A stretch of DNA of 64,000 nucleotides from a virus: the IMG/VR virus record IMGVR_UViG_3300033145_001546, positions 13,256 to 77,255 of that record. One strand, given 5' to 3'. The stretch's first letter is position 1, and each line of letters opens with the position of its first letter. This document shows, in pieces, positions 17,990 through 27,977 of this stretch. Position numbers and translations under genes: made by a program. Below the pieces are notes generated by a model that did not search any database, was not told the DNA's origin, and worked only from the letters and a program-made list of their open reading frames with translations.

Positions 17990-18288
17990 CTGAAAAAACA
18001 GAAGCACAAAAGTTCTTTGAATCAGATGTGGGCAAGATTGTCTTGCGCAATAGGCTGGCATCTTTGAAACTCAACATGCCATTCTGTAAAGTTTTCGGAA
18101 GACGACTGGTAACCTTTTGGCAGGGGAATATCTTGGGCTTGGATATTATTGCCTTTGATAAATTCATAGAACCGGGGGACAACGAGAGTCTTAATCATGC
18201 CGTCCTCAGACGTTTTGGGCAAGAGGGTCTGGATATAATCAATGGATTGTTAGGAATAGAAAATGAAAAAGAAAAGGAAAAAGAATAA
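17986..18288 (+). CDS. Hypothetical protein
   Basis: GAAAGGGAAAG RBS; ATGA overlap. Confidence 0.6.
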   Translation: MTEKTEAQKFFESDVGKIVLRNRLASLKLNMPFCKVFGRRLVTFWQGNILGLDIIAFDKFIEPGDNESLNHAVLRRFGQEGLDIINGLLGIENEKEKEKE

Positions 18289-18463
18289 GCCGACCAAACA
18301 CCAAATGACTACCATGCTGCTTCGTGTACCACTGAACGTCAAATGTCAATTCAAAGCTCATTGTAGCAGACGGGGCAGAACCATGACCGAAGTGGTCATA
18401 GAGGCAATGAGACTGGCGTACAGAGTTGACAAGAGAATCCGCAGAAAAAAGGGGAAAGACTAA
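18263..18463 (+). CDS. Ribbon-helix-helix DNA-binding protein
   Basis: MLLRVP..VK..FKAHC...GRTMTEVV. Confidence 0.6.
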   Translation: MKKKRKKNKPTKHQMTTMLLRVPLNVKCQFKAHCSRRGRTMTEVVIEAMRLAYRVDKRIRRKKGKD

Positions 18464-19329
18464 TGAACTTCTCTGACATCTTATCTCAACACAACATTGA
18501 AATTGCACCGGAGAGCAACGAGCATGCCCGTCCGGGCTGGCTGCAAGTGGACTGTCCCTTTTGCGAAAAAGAGGCCAAGCAATTCCACATGGGCTATTCT
18601 TTAGAGGGGAACTACGTCAATTGCTACCGATGTGGATATCATTCTTTAATTTCAACCCTGATGGAAATGACTGAAAAATCCTACCGGAATTGCAACAAGA
18701 TGTTGGAGGAATTAGAGACAGAAACCTTTGACACCCCATCCATCAAAGGCAAACTTGTTATCCCAGACGGAGTGGGGGAACTTAAAAGAGTTCACAAAAA
18801 GTATTTGAGGGGTAGGAACTTTGACGTCAAAGATATTCAAAAGACATGGCAAATAAAAGGTATCGGAATGCACGCAAGTTTGGCGTGGCGTATCTTTATC
18901 CCTATAATTTACAGGGGGGATATAGTCAGCTGGACTACACGTTCCGTGTCCTCTGACAATCCTAAGAGATATATATCTGCATCGAAAGAGCATGAAGCCC
19001 TGCCCGCCAAATCTCTGTTGTACGGAGAGGACCTTACCAATGATGCTATAATCATTTGCGAGGGACCATTAGATGTGTGGAGAATAGGACCGGGGGCAGT
19101 GGCAACGATGGGCGTGGGTTACTCTCAAGGGCAAGTTGAAAAAATCATTAAGCATCATAAGAGAATAATTTGCTTTGACAATGAGCCAGAGGCCCAAAAG
19201 AGGGCGAAACGATTATGCAATGACATATCCTCTTTCCCCGGAGAGACTTTCAATGCGGTATTAAACGGAAAAGATGCTGCCGAATCGAGTGACAAGGACA
19301 TTTGGAAATTAAGGAGGGCCTTATTATGA
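18463..19329 (+). CDS. DNA primase (Zn finger + TOPRIM)
   Basis: CPFC...CYRC; ICEGPLD, CFDNE, KDAAE. Confidence 0.88.
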   Translation: MNFSDILSQHNIEIAPESNEHARPGWLQVDCPFCEKEAKQFHMGYSLEGNYVNCYRCGYHSLISTLMEMTEKSYRNCNKMLEELETETFDTPSIKGKLVIPDGVGELKRVHKKYLRGRNFDVKDIQKTWQIKGIGMHASLAWRIFIPIIYRGDIVSWTTRSVSSDNPKRYISASKEHEALPAKSLLYGEDLTNDAIIICEGPLDVWRIGPGAVATMGVGYSQGQVEKIIKHHKRIICFDNEPEAQKRAKRLCNDISSFPGETFNAVLNGKDAAESSDKDIWKLRRALL

Positions 19330-19697
19330 ACGAGGAAAAGAAATGTGCAAATTGTCTACACAGATTGGATTTCTTACACAAGGAATCCCCACATCAAAAA
19401 TGTAAAGGATGCATCAACCACTGTAATTGGGAGCCTTTGCTCAACATACCAGAACCAACTATCACCCCTTCCATAGACCCTTCCACAACAATTTTTATCT
19501 ATCCGTATATCCTGATGAGGTTGATAGCATTATACGACCGATATATCGAATTGAGTCTATCATTGCCTCTAATAAAGGGGTCCGAAGACGAGATATCAAC
19601 TATGGAAGAATTTCTCAATCATATCGTAACAAGGGGAATAAACCAGTATTCTCAGGACATGGACATCTTTGAAAAAAGACTCGGAATAAAAAAATAA
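19326..19697 (+). CDS. Hypothetical Cys-containing protein
   Basis: ATGA overlap with primase. Confidence 0.5.
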   Translation: MNEEKKCANCLHRLDFLHKESPHQKCKGCINHCNWEPLLNIPEPTITPSIDPSTTIFIYPYILMRLIALYDRYIELSLSLPLIKGSEDEISTMEEFLNHIVTRGINQYSQDMDIFEKRLGIKK

Positions 19698-19720
19698 AAA
19701 TTATTCCGGGAATGTCCCCC

Positions 19721-19735
19721 CTTTTTCCGATAATA
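19721..19735 (+). promoter_or_regulatory. TTTTTCCGATAATA motif (copy 2)
   Basis: Intergenic, upstream of initiator and helicase. Confidence 0.6.
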
Positions 19736-19883
19736 AGTATAGGACCAGGATTTTTGAAAGGATGCTGATATTGAATTCGCCATCGTATATCAGTAAAAAA
19801 GGCATTATAGGGTGCAGGCCACTTGTCATGGGCTTTCGGGCGAATTCACCGTGACAGGTGGTTTCTATATATAGAGGTGTGAT

Positions 19884-20627
19884 ATGAAATCCAAAGAACC
19901 TGTAGAAAGGGACTTCAAAGGTGTTTGGATTCCCAAGCATATATATGAGAACAAACACCTTAGCTGGACGGAGAAGATACTATTGGTGGAAATAGGAAAC
20001 TTAGACCACGGAGAAGGCTGCTTTGCCTCCAATCAGTATCTTGCAGACTTCCTACACAAATCTGAAAGCCAGGTGGCCAACCTCATTAGTAAATTAAGGA
20101 AAGAGGGTTTCTTAAAAAATAGGAAATTTGATGGTCGAAAAAGACACATCAGCCTTACTAAAAACCGTAAACCAGCTTTACGGAAAACCGGAGCTATAGT
20201 AAAAGAGTATAGTAAAACAGTCGCGGGTAAAACCCACGACAAATTGATACCTTCCAAAAAACCATCCAATAAGTCTTTTAGTAAGTCATGTGCCCAGAGG
20301 TTAGAAAAAACCATCCGAGAGAAAAGGAAAATCTTCAGGAAGGTAGACCAGAAAAAATGGGCCCAGCATTTTTGTAAACTAAGAATGGAGTATCATCTTA
20401 AAAAAAGTCGTGTCACTTCTGTGTTGAAATGGTACATTGCTCATTTCGGAGAAGAATTTGTGCCTGTAGCTTATTCGGCCAAGACTTTTTGTGATAAGTT
20501 CTTTCAAATAGAAGATGCCAGAAACCGTTATAATAAAGACGTTGATGAGGGCCGAACAGCCCCTAAAGTTGTAGGCAAAAGGACTCGAATGAAACCTATC
20601 ACTTCTGCACATCAAGGATATGAATGA
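19884..20627 (+). CDS. Replication initiator-like winged-HTH protein
   Basis: RDFKGVWIP...LSWTEK...GCFASNQYLA. Confidence 0.7.
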   Translation: MKSKEPVERDFKGVWIPKHIYENKHLSWTEKILLVEIGNLDHGEGCFASNQYLADFLHKSESQVANLISKLRKEGFLKNRKFDGRKRHISLTKNRKPALRKTGAIVKEYSKTVAGKTHDKLIPSKKPSNKSFSKSCAQRLEKTIREKRKIFRKVDQKKWAQHFCKLRMEYHLKKSRVTSVLKWYIAHFGEEFVPVAYSAKTFCDKFFQIEDARNRYNKDVDEGRTAPKVVGKRTRMKPITSAHQGYE

Positions 20628-22018
20628 GAATAGAAAAGAAAACGAATAATGATGAGAGACGAGTATTGACCGGCATGATTGTAGATAAGATTGTGCTGGG
20701 TAGGATATACGCCAAATACGAACCGGGGATGTTTCAATCCAAATGGGCCAACCTTATAGCCCGATGGTGCGTGAAGTATTATAAAAAGTATGAGAAAGCA
20801 CCGCTGAATCAAATCGAGGAATTGTACGAAAGATGGTCCACTAAGTCTAAAGACAAACACACCATCAATCTTATGGAAAGGTTTTTGGGTGGACTGTCGG
20901 ATGAGTACGAGCAGGCCGAAAAAGAATCCAACAGTGATTATCTTATAGACTTGGCAGGACGTCATTTCAATCAGGTCAAGATTAAAAGATTGATGGAGGA
21001 GATGGAAAGCAGTCTGGATGACGGGACGCCTGAAAAAGCAGCTGAAATGGTTGCCTCTTATAATCAAATTGAGATGGGTGTAGGGGAGGGGATAGACATA
21101 TTACAAGACAAGGAGGCCATACGTGAGGCCTTTTTGGATAAGCAAGAACCGTTGATAACATATCCGGGGGCGTTGGGAAGGTTCTTCAAGCCTGCATTAG
21201 AACGGGATGCCTTTGTAGCTTTCGTAGGTCCCGACAAGGTAGGCAAGTCTTTTTGGCTGATAGACATATCCTATCGAGCCATGACACAGCGCAAGAGAGT
21301 AGCTTATTTTGAGGCTGGGGACCAGAGTAAAAATCAAGTTATGAGACGACTGATGACCCGAATTAGCAAACGTCCGATATATCCGTGTACGGTGGACATT
21401 CCTACATCTATAGAATTCGATAAGGAAACCAGACAGGCTCTGGTGGATTGGAACTCACAACCCTTTAAGAAAAAGATGTCTTGGCAGCATGCTTATAAAA
21501 AATGTAAAAAACTTATGAGGATAAAAGTTAAAAGCAAGGAATCCTATTTCAAATTATCGTGCCATCCCAATTCCACTTTGTCCATAAGAATTATTCAAAG
21601 CATTCTTCAAAACTGGGCCAGAGATGGATGGGTGCCAGATGTTATCGTGATAGACTACGCTGATATATTAGATATGAGTCATCCAAAGTTAGAGGGCCGG
21701 GACCTAATTGACGAGACGTGGAAGAGATTGCGTTCTATGTCACAAATATATCACTGCCTGGTAGTTACAGCCACGCAGAGTGATGCAGCAGCCTATGGCA
21801 CACGAGTCATCACTAAAGAGAATTTCTCAGGTGACAAGCGAAAGAATGCACATGTGACAGGAATGATAGGTTTGAATCAGACAGATGCAGAAAAAAAGGA
21901 CGGTGTAACCCGATTGAATTGGGTAGTACTCCGGGAGGGAAAATTTAGGGAAACCAAATGTGTACATGTGGCTGGGTGTCTGGGTGTAGCCAACCCTGCA
22001 ATTAGAAGTTGTTGGTAA
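20624..22018 (+). CDS. DnaB-like replicative helicase
   Basis: GPDKVGKS, VIVIDYADIL, VVTATQ. Confidence 0.88.
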   Translation: MRIEKKTNNDERRVLTGMIVDKIVLGRIYAKYEPGMFQSKWANLIARWCVKYYKKYEKAPLNQIEELYERWSTKSKDKHTINLMERFLGGLSDEYEQAEKESNSDYLIDLAGRHFNQVKIKRLMEEMESSLDDGTPEKAAEMVASYNQIEMGVGEGIDILQDKEAIREAFLDKQEPLITYPGALGRFFKPALERDAFVAFVGPDKVGKSFWLIDISYRAMTQRKRVAYFEAGDQSKNQVMRRLMTRISKRPIYPCTVDIPTSIEFDKETRQALVDWNSQPFKKKMSWQHAYKKCKKLMRIKVKSKESYFKLSCHPNSTLSIRIIQSILQNWARDGWVPDVIVIDYADILDMSHPKLEGRDLIDETWKRLRSMSQIYHCLVVTATQSDAAAYGTRVITKENFSGDKRKNAHVTGMIGLNQTDAEKKDGVTRLNWVVLREGKFRETKCVHVAGCLGVANPAIRSCW

Positions 22019-22035
22019 ATTGAAAGGAAAAGAAA

Positions 22036-22422
22036 ATGTACCGACTTAAAGCAATAAGATATGGTGTTGAGGATTTTGCCCGGAATTTTGAGAACAAAGC
22101 TGCTGCCAAAGAAGCAGCCCAAGATGATTATGGGGAAGATGGAATCCGGTGGAAAGTCAAACGAAATCAAAAGGGAAAAAAGGTAGGGGCCACATCAAGG
22201 GATTTGGGCCCTGTGATGTATGACATTACCAAGGTAGAGACCTTCCCAATAATGAAGATGGTCCCCTTTGTGCCCTACGAGCGCACTGTGAGAGATTTTG
22301 TTGAGGACATGATTTCCAAAGGCTGGAGGCCAAAGGAAGTCTATGCAATAGCTTTGGGCTGTCGTTGGAGGCACCATTTAGAGGCCGTAAAAGGGGTTCT
22401 TGAAGAATTTTCGGAAAATTAA
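22036..22422 (+). CDS. Hypothetical protein
   Basis: GAAAGGAAAAGA RBS. Confidence 0.6.
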   Translation: MYRLKAIRYGVEDFARNFENKAAAKEAAQDDYGEDGIRWKVKRNQKGKKVGATSRDLGPVMYDITKVETFPIMKMVPFVPYERTVRDFVEDMISKGWRPKEVYAIALGCRWRHHLEAVKGVLEEFSEN

Positions 22423-22447
22423 AAGATTTATCCACAACAAGTACAGA

Positions 22448-22462
22448 CTTTTTCCGATAATA
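22448..22462 (+). promoter_or_regulatory. TTTTTCCGATAATA motif (copy 3)
   Basis: Intergenic. Confidence 0.6.
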
Positions 22463-22523
22463 GATAACATAGATAGGACGAAAGAAAGAAGACAATTAAA
22501 TTTAATTTGGAAAGGGCAAGACA

Positions 22524-23072
22524 GTGGCAAAAAAGACGAACAAAATGAAAATCTCGCAGGAAAAGGCCGTGAGGGTGTTTGAGTACTTCGGCTTCAAAAC
22601 AGCCGCCAAATGGACCCCAGAGAGGATGACGGAGAAGCTGATTACCCTCATCGAGTCTCTGGATCCCAAAACCAAGTTCAAGAGTAAGAAGGTCAAGGCT
22701 CTCTGCCTGGAACTTGCTGCCGCCGACAAGATTGTGGTGTCGGCCAAGAAAAAGGATGCCGACGAGGACGAGAAGGATACCAGCAAGGAGGGTAAGGACA
22801 AGAAGGGCAAGGGCAAGGACAAAAAGAAAGCCCCCGCCAAGAAGAGGGGTATCACCCGTCTGGATGCTTCGGTGAAGGTGCTGAGAAGCATGAAGAAAAA
22901 AGGCCTGACAGTGGAAGAGGCCGTGGGTGAAGCCGATGCCCTTTACGTGGAGAAGGGCGGTACGGCAAACATGAATGAGTCTGCGTACTCTTTCAAGTTG
23001 GCAGCACGGGTCCTTGAGGTGGCAGACATCGTCGTCTTTTCGGAAGACCGGAAGACGGTCAAGCCTGCCTAA
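22524..23072 (+). CDS. Lys-rich putative DNA-binding protein
   Basis: GTG start with RBS; KKGKGKDKKK segment; AAG/GCC-rich codons like the SSB. Confidence 0.6.
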   Translation: MAKKTNKMKISQEKAVRVFEYFGFKTAAKWTPERMTEKLITLIESLDPKTKFKSKKVKALCLELAAADKIVVSAKKKDADEDEKDTSKEGKDKKGKGKDKKKAPAKKRGITRLDASVKVLRSMKKKGLTVEEAVGEADALYVEKGGTANMNESAYSFKLAARVLEVADIVVFSEDRKTVKPA

Positions 23073-23089
23073 AGGCCCCCACAATAGGG

Positions 23090-23142
23090 ATTGGTTTGGG
23101 TTGCTGTTGCTTTCCCTTCGGCAACCCAAACCCAATTTTTTT
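23090..23142 (+). terminator. Rho-independent terminator
   Basis: TTTGGGTTGC...GCAACCCAAA stem then T7. Confidence 0.7.
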
Positions 23143-23177
23143 GTTTGCTAATTTTGTGGCGTGGTTGGGACCCAAAC

Positions 23178-24251
23178 GTGAAAAATAAATCTACAACACG
23201 GACGTATGGTGCTGCAGTAAGTGTGCGAGGGGACTGTTTGTACTGTCCTCTTCCTTTAAGTATTGACTCATATTTCAATTGCCTAACCGATTGTCACCAT
23301 TGTTATTCACGCCGATTAAACCGCACGTGGGGCACAGACCTTAGACCTGCCGACCCGGAACAAGTGCGAAAGAAACTTGAAAATGGATTGAAAAATAAAA
23401 ATCCCCGGTCATCATTGGCTTGGGCTTTGAGACATAAGAAAACCTTGCGATTAGGCAACCGCACTGATCCATACCAAGATGCAGAAATGGAACATGAAGT
23501 TACTCGTAGGATTCTCAGACATTTGATTGATTTGGAGTGGACCTTTGTTATTCAAACTAAATTCTTAAACAACATGACACGGGATTGGGAACTGTTACAA
23601 GAGGCGGCAAAGAAGGAACTGCTAATTGTCATGCCTATCATAACGCCGGGGGGCTCATACGATTGGAAGGTGTTGGAAAGAAAGAGGACTTCATCCATTG
23701 CTACCAGATTAAACATTATCCGCCAAATGATAGATGCTGGTTGGCACGTGGGGGTGAATGGAGAGCCTTTCATTCCCGGACTTCATACCATACATCAATT
23801 CCAAAAGATAATAAGACGATTGAAAGAGGTCGGGGTGTGTAGTTATAATACCTATAATCTCCACCTCAATGACTACGTGGCCAAGCAGTTGCATTCTATC
23901 GGATTAGACATCGAGAAAATATGGACGATGAATCAGGATAAGAACTGGGCCCCAATTCAAAAGGAACTCTGTTGCATAGCCCAACAGGAAGGAATGATTT
24001 TAGGATGCCCTGATTTCGTCAATACTGGACCGGATTGGAGGGAACGAACTAACACGTGTTGTGGCATCCGGGTCCCAAATCCGTCCAAGTTCAATACCCA
24101 TACTTGGAAACGACGATTGCAACGGGGGAAACCTGCCAACAGAGTTTTGAGAGGGACGTGGGAGGGGATAGGAGATAAGGAATTAGGCAAAAAGATAGTC
24201 AAGGGTGTGCCTTGCGATAATTATACGATGAAAGACGCAGGAATGATTTGA
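23178..24251 (+). CDS. Radical SAM protein A (spore-photoproduct-lyase-like)
   Basis: CLTDCHHC (CxxxCxxC), RLGNRTDPYQ, IQTK, EPFIPG; likely GTG start 23178. Confidence 0.85.
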   Translation: MKNKSTTRTYGAAVSVRGDCLYCPLPLSIDSYFNCLTDCHHCYSRRLNRTWGTDLRPADPEQVRKKLENGLKNKNPRSSLAWALRHKKTLRLGNRTDPYQDAEMEHEVTRRILRHLIDLEWTFVIQTKFLNNMTRDWELLQEAAKKELLIVMPIITPGGSYDWKVLERKRTSSIATRLNIIRQMIDAGWHVGVNGEPFIPGLHTIHQFQKIIRRLKEVGVCSYNTYNLHLNDYVAKQLHSIGLDIEKIWTMNQDKNWAPIQKELCCIAQQEGMILGCPDFVNTGPDWRERTNTCCGIRVPNPSKFNTHTWKRRLQRGKPANRVLRGTWEGIGDKELGKKIVKGVPCDNYTMKDAGMI

Positions 24252-25111
24252 TAAGAAAAAATACTCCAATTGAAACTTACGATGTCCGGGGAAGGACGGT
24301 GTATGTTAAAAGGGAGGACCTGTGCACTGAGCCTCCAGGTCCCCCTTTTAGCAAATGCCGGGGGCTGTATGCCAAATTGAAAAAGATGCGGGACGAGGGC
24401 GTGGAAGTAGTTGGTTATGTAGAGACCCCAATTTCGATGGCGGGCTGGGGTGTGGCGTGGATAGCAAAAAAATTAGGTTTGAAAGCTGTAATCTTTGATC
24501 CACAATACCTCCACACACCCCCCGCCACCATTTTGATACATAGAGAAAAGTGGAAACAATACAACCCTGATATTATCCCCATTACAGCTGGAATGACCTG
24601 TGTGAATCAGCACATTGCAAAGAAGATGCTGAAAAAAGAGTATGGACGGAAAGCTGTGATGCTTCCTATCGGCATCCCTTTTCAAGAGACAATAGAGGAA
24701 ACGAGCAAAGAATTTCTGCGACTCGTAGGAAAAAAACCATGGTTATTTCTTAAGCATATTGTGGTTTGTGTGGGGTCCGGAACGATTTGTTCCGGGCTGT
24801 TGAAAGCCCTGCAAGGAATAGGAGGAGATATAGAATTGATAGGGGTGATGGCCTACGATAAAAATATGAGGAAGAAAAGGAAGTCTATTTTCATCAAAGC
24901 TGGGGCGAAGGACCAAGGCACCCTTTTCCCCTCCAAAGTAGATTTCAGATTAGTAAATGAGAAATGGGAATACACCGAATCGTCAACTGTTGACTGCCCT
25001 TTCCCTTGTCATGCTTACTACGACTTGAAAGCATGGGAATGGCTGGTGAAGAATATTCACACTTTGAAAGGGACAGTACTGTTTTGGAATATAGGGAGTG
25101 AAGCAGTGTGA
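24248..25111 (+). CDS. PLP-dependent enzyme, fold type II (ACC deaminase/D-Cys desulfhydrase-like)
   Basis: TPIE...VYVKREDL...SK.RG, VCVGSGT, YDLKAW, LFWNIG. Confidence 0.8.
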   Translation: MIRKNTPIETYDVRGRTVYVKREDLCTEPPGPPFSKCRGLYAKLKKMRDEGVEVVGYVETPISMAGWGVAWIAKKLGLKAVIFDPQYLHTPPATILIHREKWKQYNPDIIPITAGMTCVNQHIAKKMLKKEYGRKAVMLPIGIPFQETIEETSKEFLRLVGKKPWLFLKHIVVCVGSGTICSGLLKALQGIGGDIELIGVMAYDKNMRKKRKSIFIKAGAKDQGTLFPSKVDFRLVNEKWEYTESSTVDCPFPCHAYYDLKAWEWLVKNIHTLKGTVLFWNIGSEAV

Positions 25112-26346
25112 GTTATTATGACCTGAGAGCCGAAGTTGCTAAAATCATACCCCGTGTGCAATCTCTACGCACTAAGAAGCAGGCCCCCAAGCCTGTAAAG
25201 GAAAAGGGACGCAAAAGTGGGTACTCCGAATTCAAGCTCAATGTTGGAAATTGGGTAAAGCAAGAGCGATTGTTGAACACACAAGAGGTTAATTCCTTTG
25301 TCGAGGTAAGTTGTAGGGCCGCAGCCTGTCCCATGCCATTGAATTTGGATGTATGGGATGGGCTGCTTTGTGTTGCAAAGGGACAAATGATAACTACTCA
25401 GAGAGGTGAAAAAAGAATCGAGGACGTAAAAGTCGGAGACATGGTATTATCCTTTAATGAGTCTTCTAAAATTTTGGAATGGAAGGAAGTCATCCAAACA
25501 AATTCGACAATCAAAAGAAATATGATAGACATCGAAACGGAAAAAGGAATTCTGACAGTAACAGCGGACCACCCTGTTTATACTCAAAGGGGATGGATTG
25601 GGGCGGGGGACTTAAAAGAAACTGATTATATTTACGAGCAAGCCAAAAAAATACCTTGGAACAAAGGAATCCCCAGAACTCTAAAGGAAAAAAAGAACAT
25701 CAGTAGTGGTATATCTAAAGAATCCCGAATGAAAAGCTCCAAGCGAATGAAACATCTTTGGAAAAAGGGAAAATACAAAGATCATGTGGGGAAAACTAAT
25801 CCATCTAAAAGGCCCGAAGTTGCTCGTAAAATAGGGGAAGCTAACCACAGAAGAAAAGTGACCGAAGTTACGAGAGAAAAGATAAGACAAAGTAAATTGG
25901 GAAAACCTGGTCCTGCTGTTTCGGAAAAGACTAAAAAATTATATTCCGAAAGAATGAAACGGGACAATCCTATGCATAGAAAGGAAGTATTAGAAAATCA
26001 TCCCGTATTAAAGACGGGCAGATATTACATATCTCAGGGAGAGAAAACTTTATCAATCTTATTTCAAAAAATGAAATTGAAATATAAGCACCAAAAACAA
26101 ATGGCGAAAGAGATTGGTTATTACACAGTTGATTTTTTCTTTCCTAAATATAATAAGATCATAGAATTCGACGGACATCAAAGTCATAGAGAGCATCCCG
26201 AAAAGGACGAAAAAAGGGATGCTTATATAAAAAAACGCTATGGATACACTACTTTGAGGATAGTTCCAATGGAATTAAATAATACGAATCGACCTAAATT
26301 GCTCTCCAAAATAAGGAATTTTCTGGATGGAGTTGAAGAGGCTTAA
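25108..26346 (+). CDS. Radical SAM B N-extein + N-intein + NUMOD3/Vsr(DUF559)-like endonuclease
   Basis: Extein ...CPMPLNLDVWDGLL, then intein block A CVAKGQMI and block B TADHP; basic NUMOD-like repeats; VDFFFP...IIEFDG...D.KRD. Confidence 0.85.
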   Translation: MSYYDLRAEVAKIIPRVQSLRTKKQAPKPVKEKGRKSGYSEFKLNVGNWVKQERLLNTQEVNSFVEVSCRAAACPMPLNLDVWDGLLCVAKGQMITTQRGEKRIEDVKVGDMVLSFNESSKILEWKEVIQTNSTIKRNMIDIETEKGILTVTADHPVYTQRGWIGAGDLKETDYIYEQAKKIPWNKGIPRTLKEKKNISSGISKESRMKSSKRMKHLWKKGKYKDHVGKTNPSKRPEVARKIGEANHRRKVTEVTREKIRQSKLGKPGPAVSEKTKKLYSERMKRDNPMHRKEVLENHPVLKTGRYYISQGEKTLSILFQKMKLKYKHQKQMAKEIGYYTVDFFFPKYNKIIEFDGHQSHREHPEKDEKRDAYIKKRYGYTTLRIVPMELNNTNRPKLLSKIRNFLDGVEEA

Positions 26347-27586
26347 AATCAAAAGTCTTCGTAAATATCGTAAGAAAACGACAGTTTATGATATTACGGT
26401 GAAAGATAATTCCAACTTTTTTGCCGGGGGAGTTTTGGTTCATAATTGCCCCTTCGGTTGTAAATATTGTTATGCAAATGCTTTCCGGGCCTCCCTATAT
26501 ACGGCATTCTTTGATAACGCCAAGACGATGGGCATGCGGCATTGCAATCCTAAGAAGTACAAAAAGGAAATGGACATCCTGCTAAAAGTCCGGGGCAAGG
26601 ACCCACACGATATCAAAGGGGATGTAGCCAAGGCCATAGCAATGGAAATTCCTATCCGGTTTGGAATACGATTTGAGGACTTCTTGGCAGAGGAGGCCGA
26701 AGCAGGAATCAGCTTAGAGATGCTGGAGTATTTGGCTGATAATGAATACCCACTAATGATAAACACCAAGGCCGATTTAGTAGGCAAGAAACGGTATGTC
26801 CGGGCCTTGTCCCGAAATAAAGGCAAGACAGCAGTTCATATTACTTTGATAAGTAGCAACGAGAAACTGTTGGCCGAATTAGAACCAGGGGCACCGACTT
26901 ACGAAAGACGGATATGGGCAATGAAGAGACTATCTGATGCAGGGGTGAGAGTGGTAGCTCGGATAGAACCATACTTGCCTTTCTTGACAGATGATCCCTC
27001 AGAAGTGTCTATGTATATGGAAGACTTGAAAGCAATTGGTGTGAAACACATCACTTTCGATGCTTATTCATACACAGCTAAAAATCCGGGCATCAAGCAA
27101 TCTTTTGTCAACGCCGGGATAGATTACGAGAGGATGGTTTTGGTAGGTTGTGATTCTCAGGCATTGGGAAGTTTGATGCTGGGAGAATTCATGAAGATAT
27201 TTCGGAAAAACGGGTTCAGCTGCTCCACCTTTGATATGGGGAATGCACCGGACAACGACGACTCTATATGTTGCGAGGTAGGGAACTGGTTTAAGGGTGG
27301 ATATAACTATGGGTGTACTGTATACGCAGCCAGATTCATCAAGCAGCGTGGCAGTAAGAGCACTTCGTGGGGCGACTTTGAGGGTTGGGTGAATGAAAAA
27401 GGTGGATTCTTGTCCGAGACCTTAAAAAGAGAGGTGCACGAACTTTGGAACTGTCAGGGGAACAGTGCCTATTCGCATTCGTGGGCCAGAGGCATGGTAG
27501 CTGTAGGGAGCGACCGGAATGGGTTGGTTTGGAAATTCGATGATAGTGATTTTAGGCAGGACATTTTGGAGAATTTGAAAGGATAA
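26327..27586 (+). CDS. C-intein + radical SAM B C-extein
   Basis: MELKRLKIK...VYDITVKDNSNFFAGGVLVHN|CPFGCKYC; own AAGGA RBS. Confidence 0.85.
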   Translation: MELKRLKIKSLRKYRKKTTVYDITVKDNSNFFAGGVLVHNCPFGCKYCYANAFRASLYTAFFDNAKTMGMRHCNPKKYKKEMDILLKVRGKDPHDIKGDVAKAIAMEIPIRFGIRFEDFLAEEAEAGISLEMLEYLADNEYPLMINTKADLVGKKRYVRALSRNKGKTAVHITLISSNEKLLAELEPGAPTYERRIWAMKRLSDAGVRVVARIEPYLPFLTDDPSEVSMYMEDLKAIGVKHITFDAYSYTAKNPGIKQSFVNAGIDYERMVLVGCDSQALGSLMLGEFMKIFRKNGFSCSTFDMGNAPDNDDSICCEVGNWFKGGYNYGCTVYAARFIKQRGSKSTSWGDFEGWVNEKGGFLSETLKREVHELWNCQGNSAYSHSWARGMVAVGSDRNGLVWKFDDSDFRQDILENLKG

Positions 27587-27590
27587 GAAG

Positions 27591-27977
27591 ATGAATAAGG
27601 AAAAAGACAAAAAATCGAATGCCGGTAAAGATTATGGAAAGGACGAATATAATTTCATATTTTTCTGTATGATTAGGAGTATCTTGCCTATAAACATTTG
27701 TAGAGCGTTGGGCAGAAAAAACGAGCAAGTCATCATTTCCGCTTTTCGTCGTATTTGCCTTGATGCCTCTGCTTATCAAAACAAGAAAATATATGAGTTG
27801 AAGCCCTGCACTGACAGACCCTATCTACACTTAAATGGGCCAGCTAAGTTCTTCATATATCAACAATGCATAGTCCGAATGAAAAGCATCCGATTAGTTT
27901 CCCAACAAACCAGCATTCCCATGAGTCTCATAAATAGACACATTGAAGAAGGTGAATATGTAAAGGAATTCAAATGA
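27591..27977 (+). CDS. Hypothetical protein
   Basis: Fills the gap in the operon; ATGA overlap with the next gene. Confidence 0.45.
   Translation: MNKEKDKKSNAGKDYGKDEYNFIFFCMIRSILPINICRALGRKNEQVIISAFRRICLDASAYQNKKIYELKPCTDRPYLHLNGPAKFFIYQQCIVRMKSIRLVSQQTSIPMSLINRHIEEGEYVKEFK

Noticed and set aside
23091-23177. N-terminal extension of radical SAM A given by the ORF track
   Set aside because: It overlaps a terminator hairpin; GTG at 23178 is the more plausible start.
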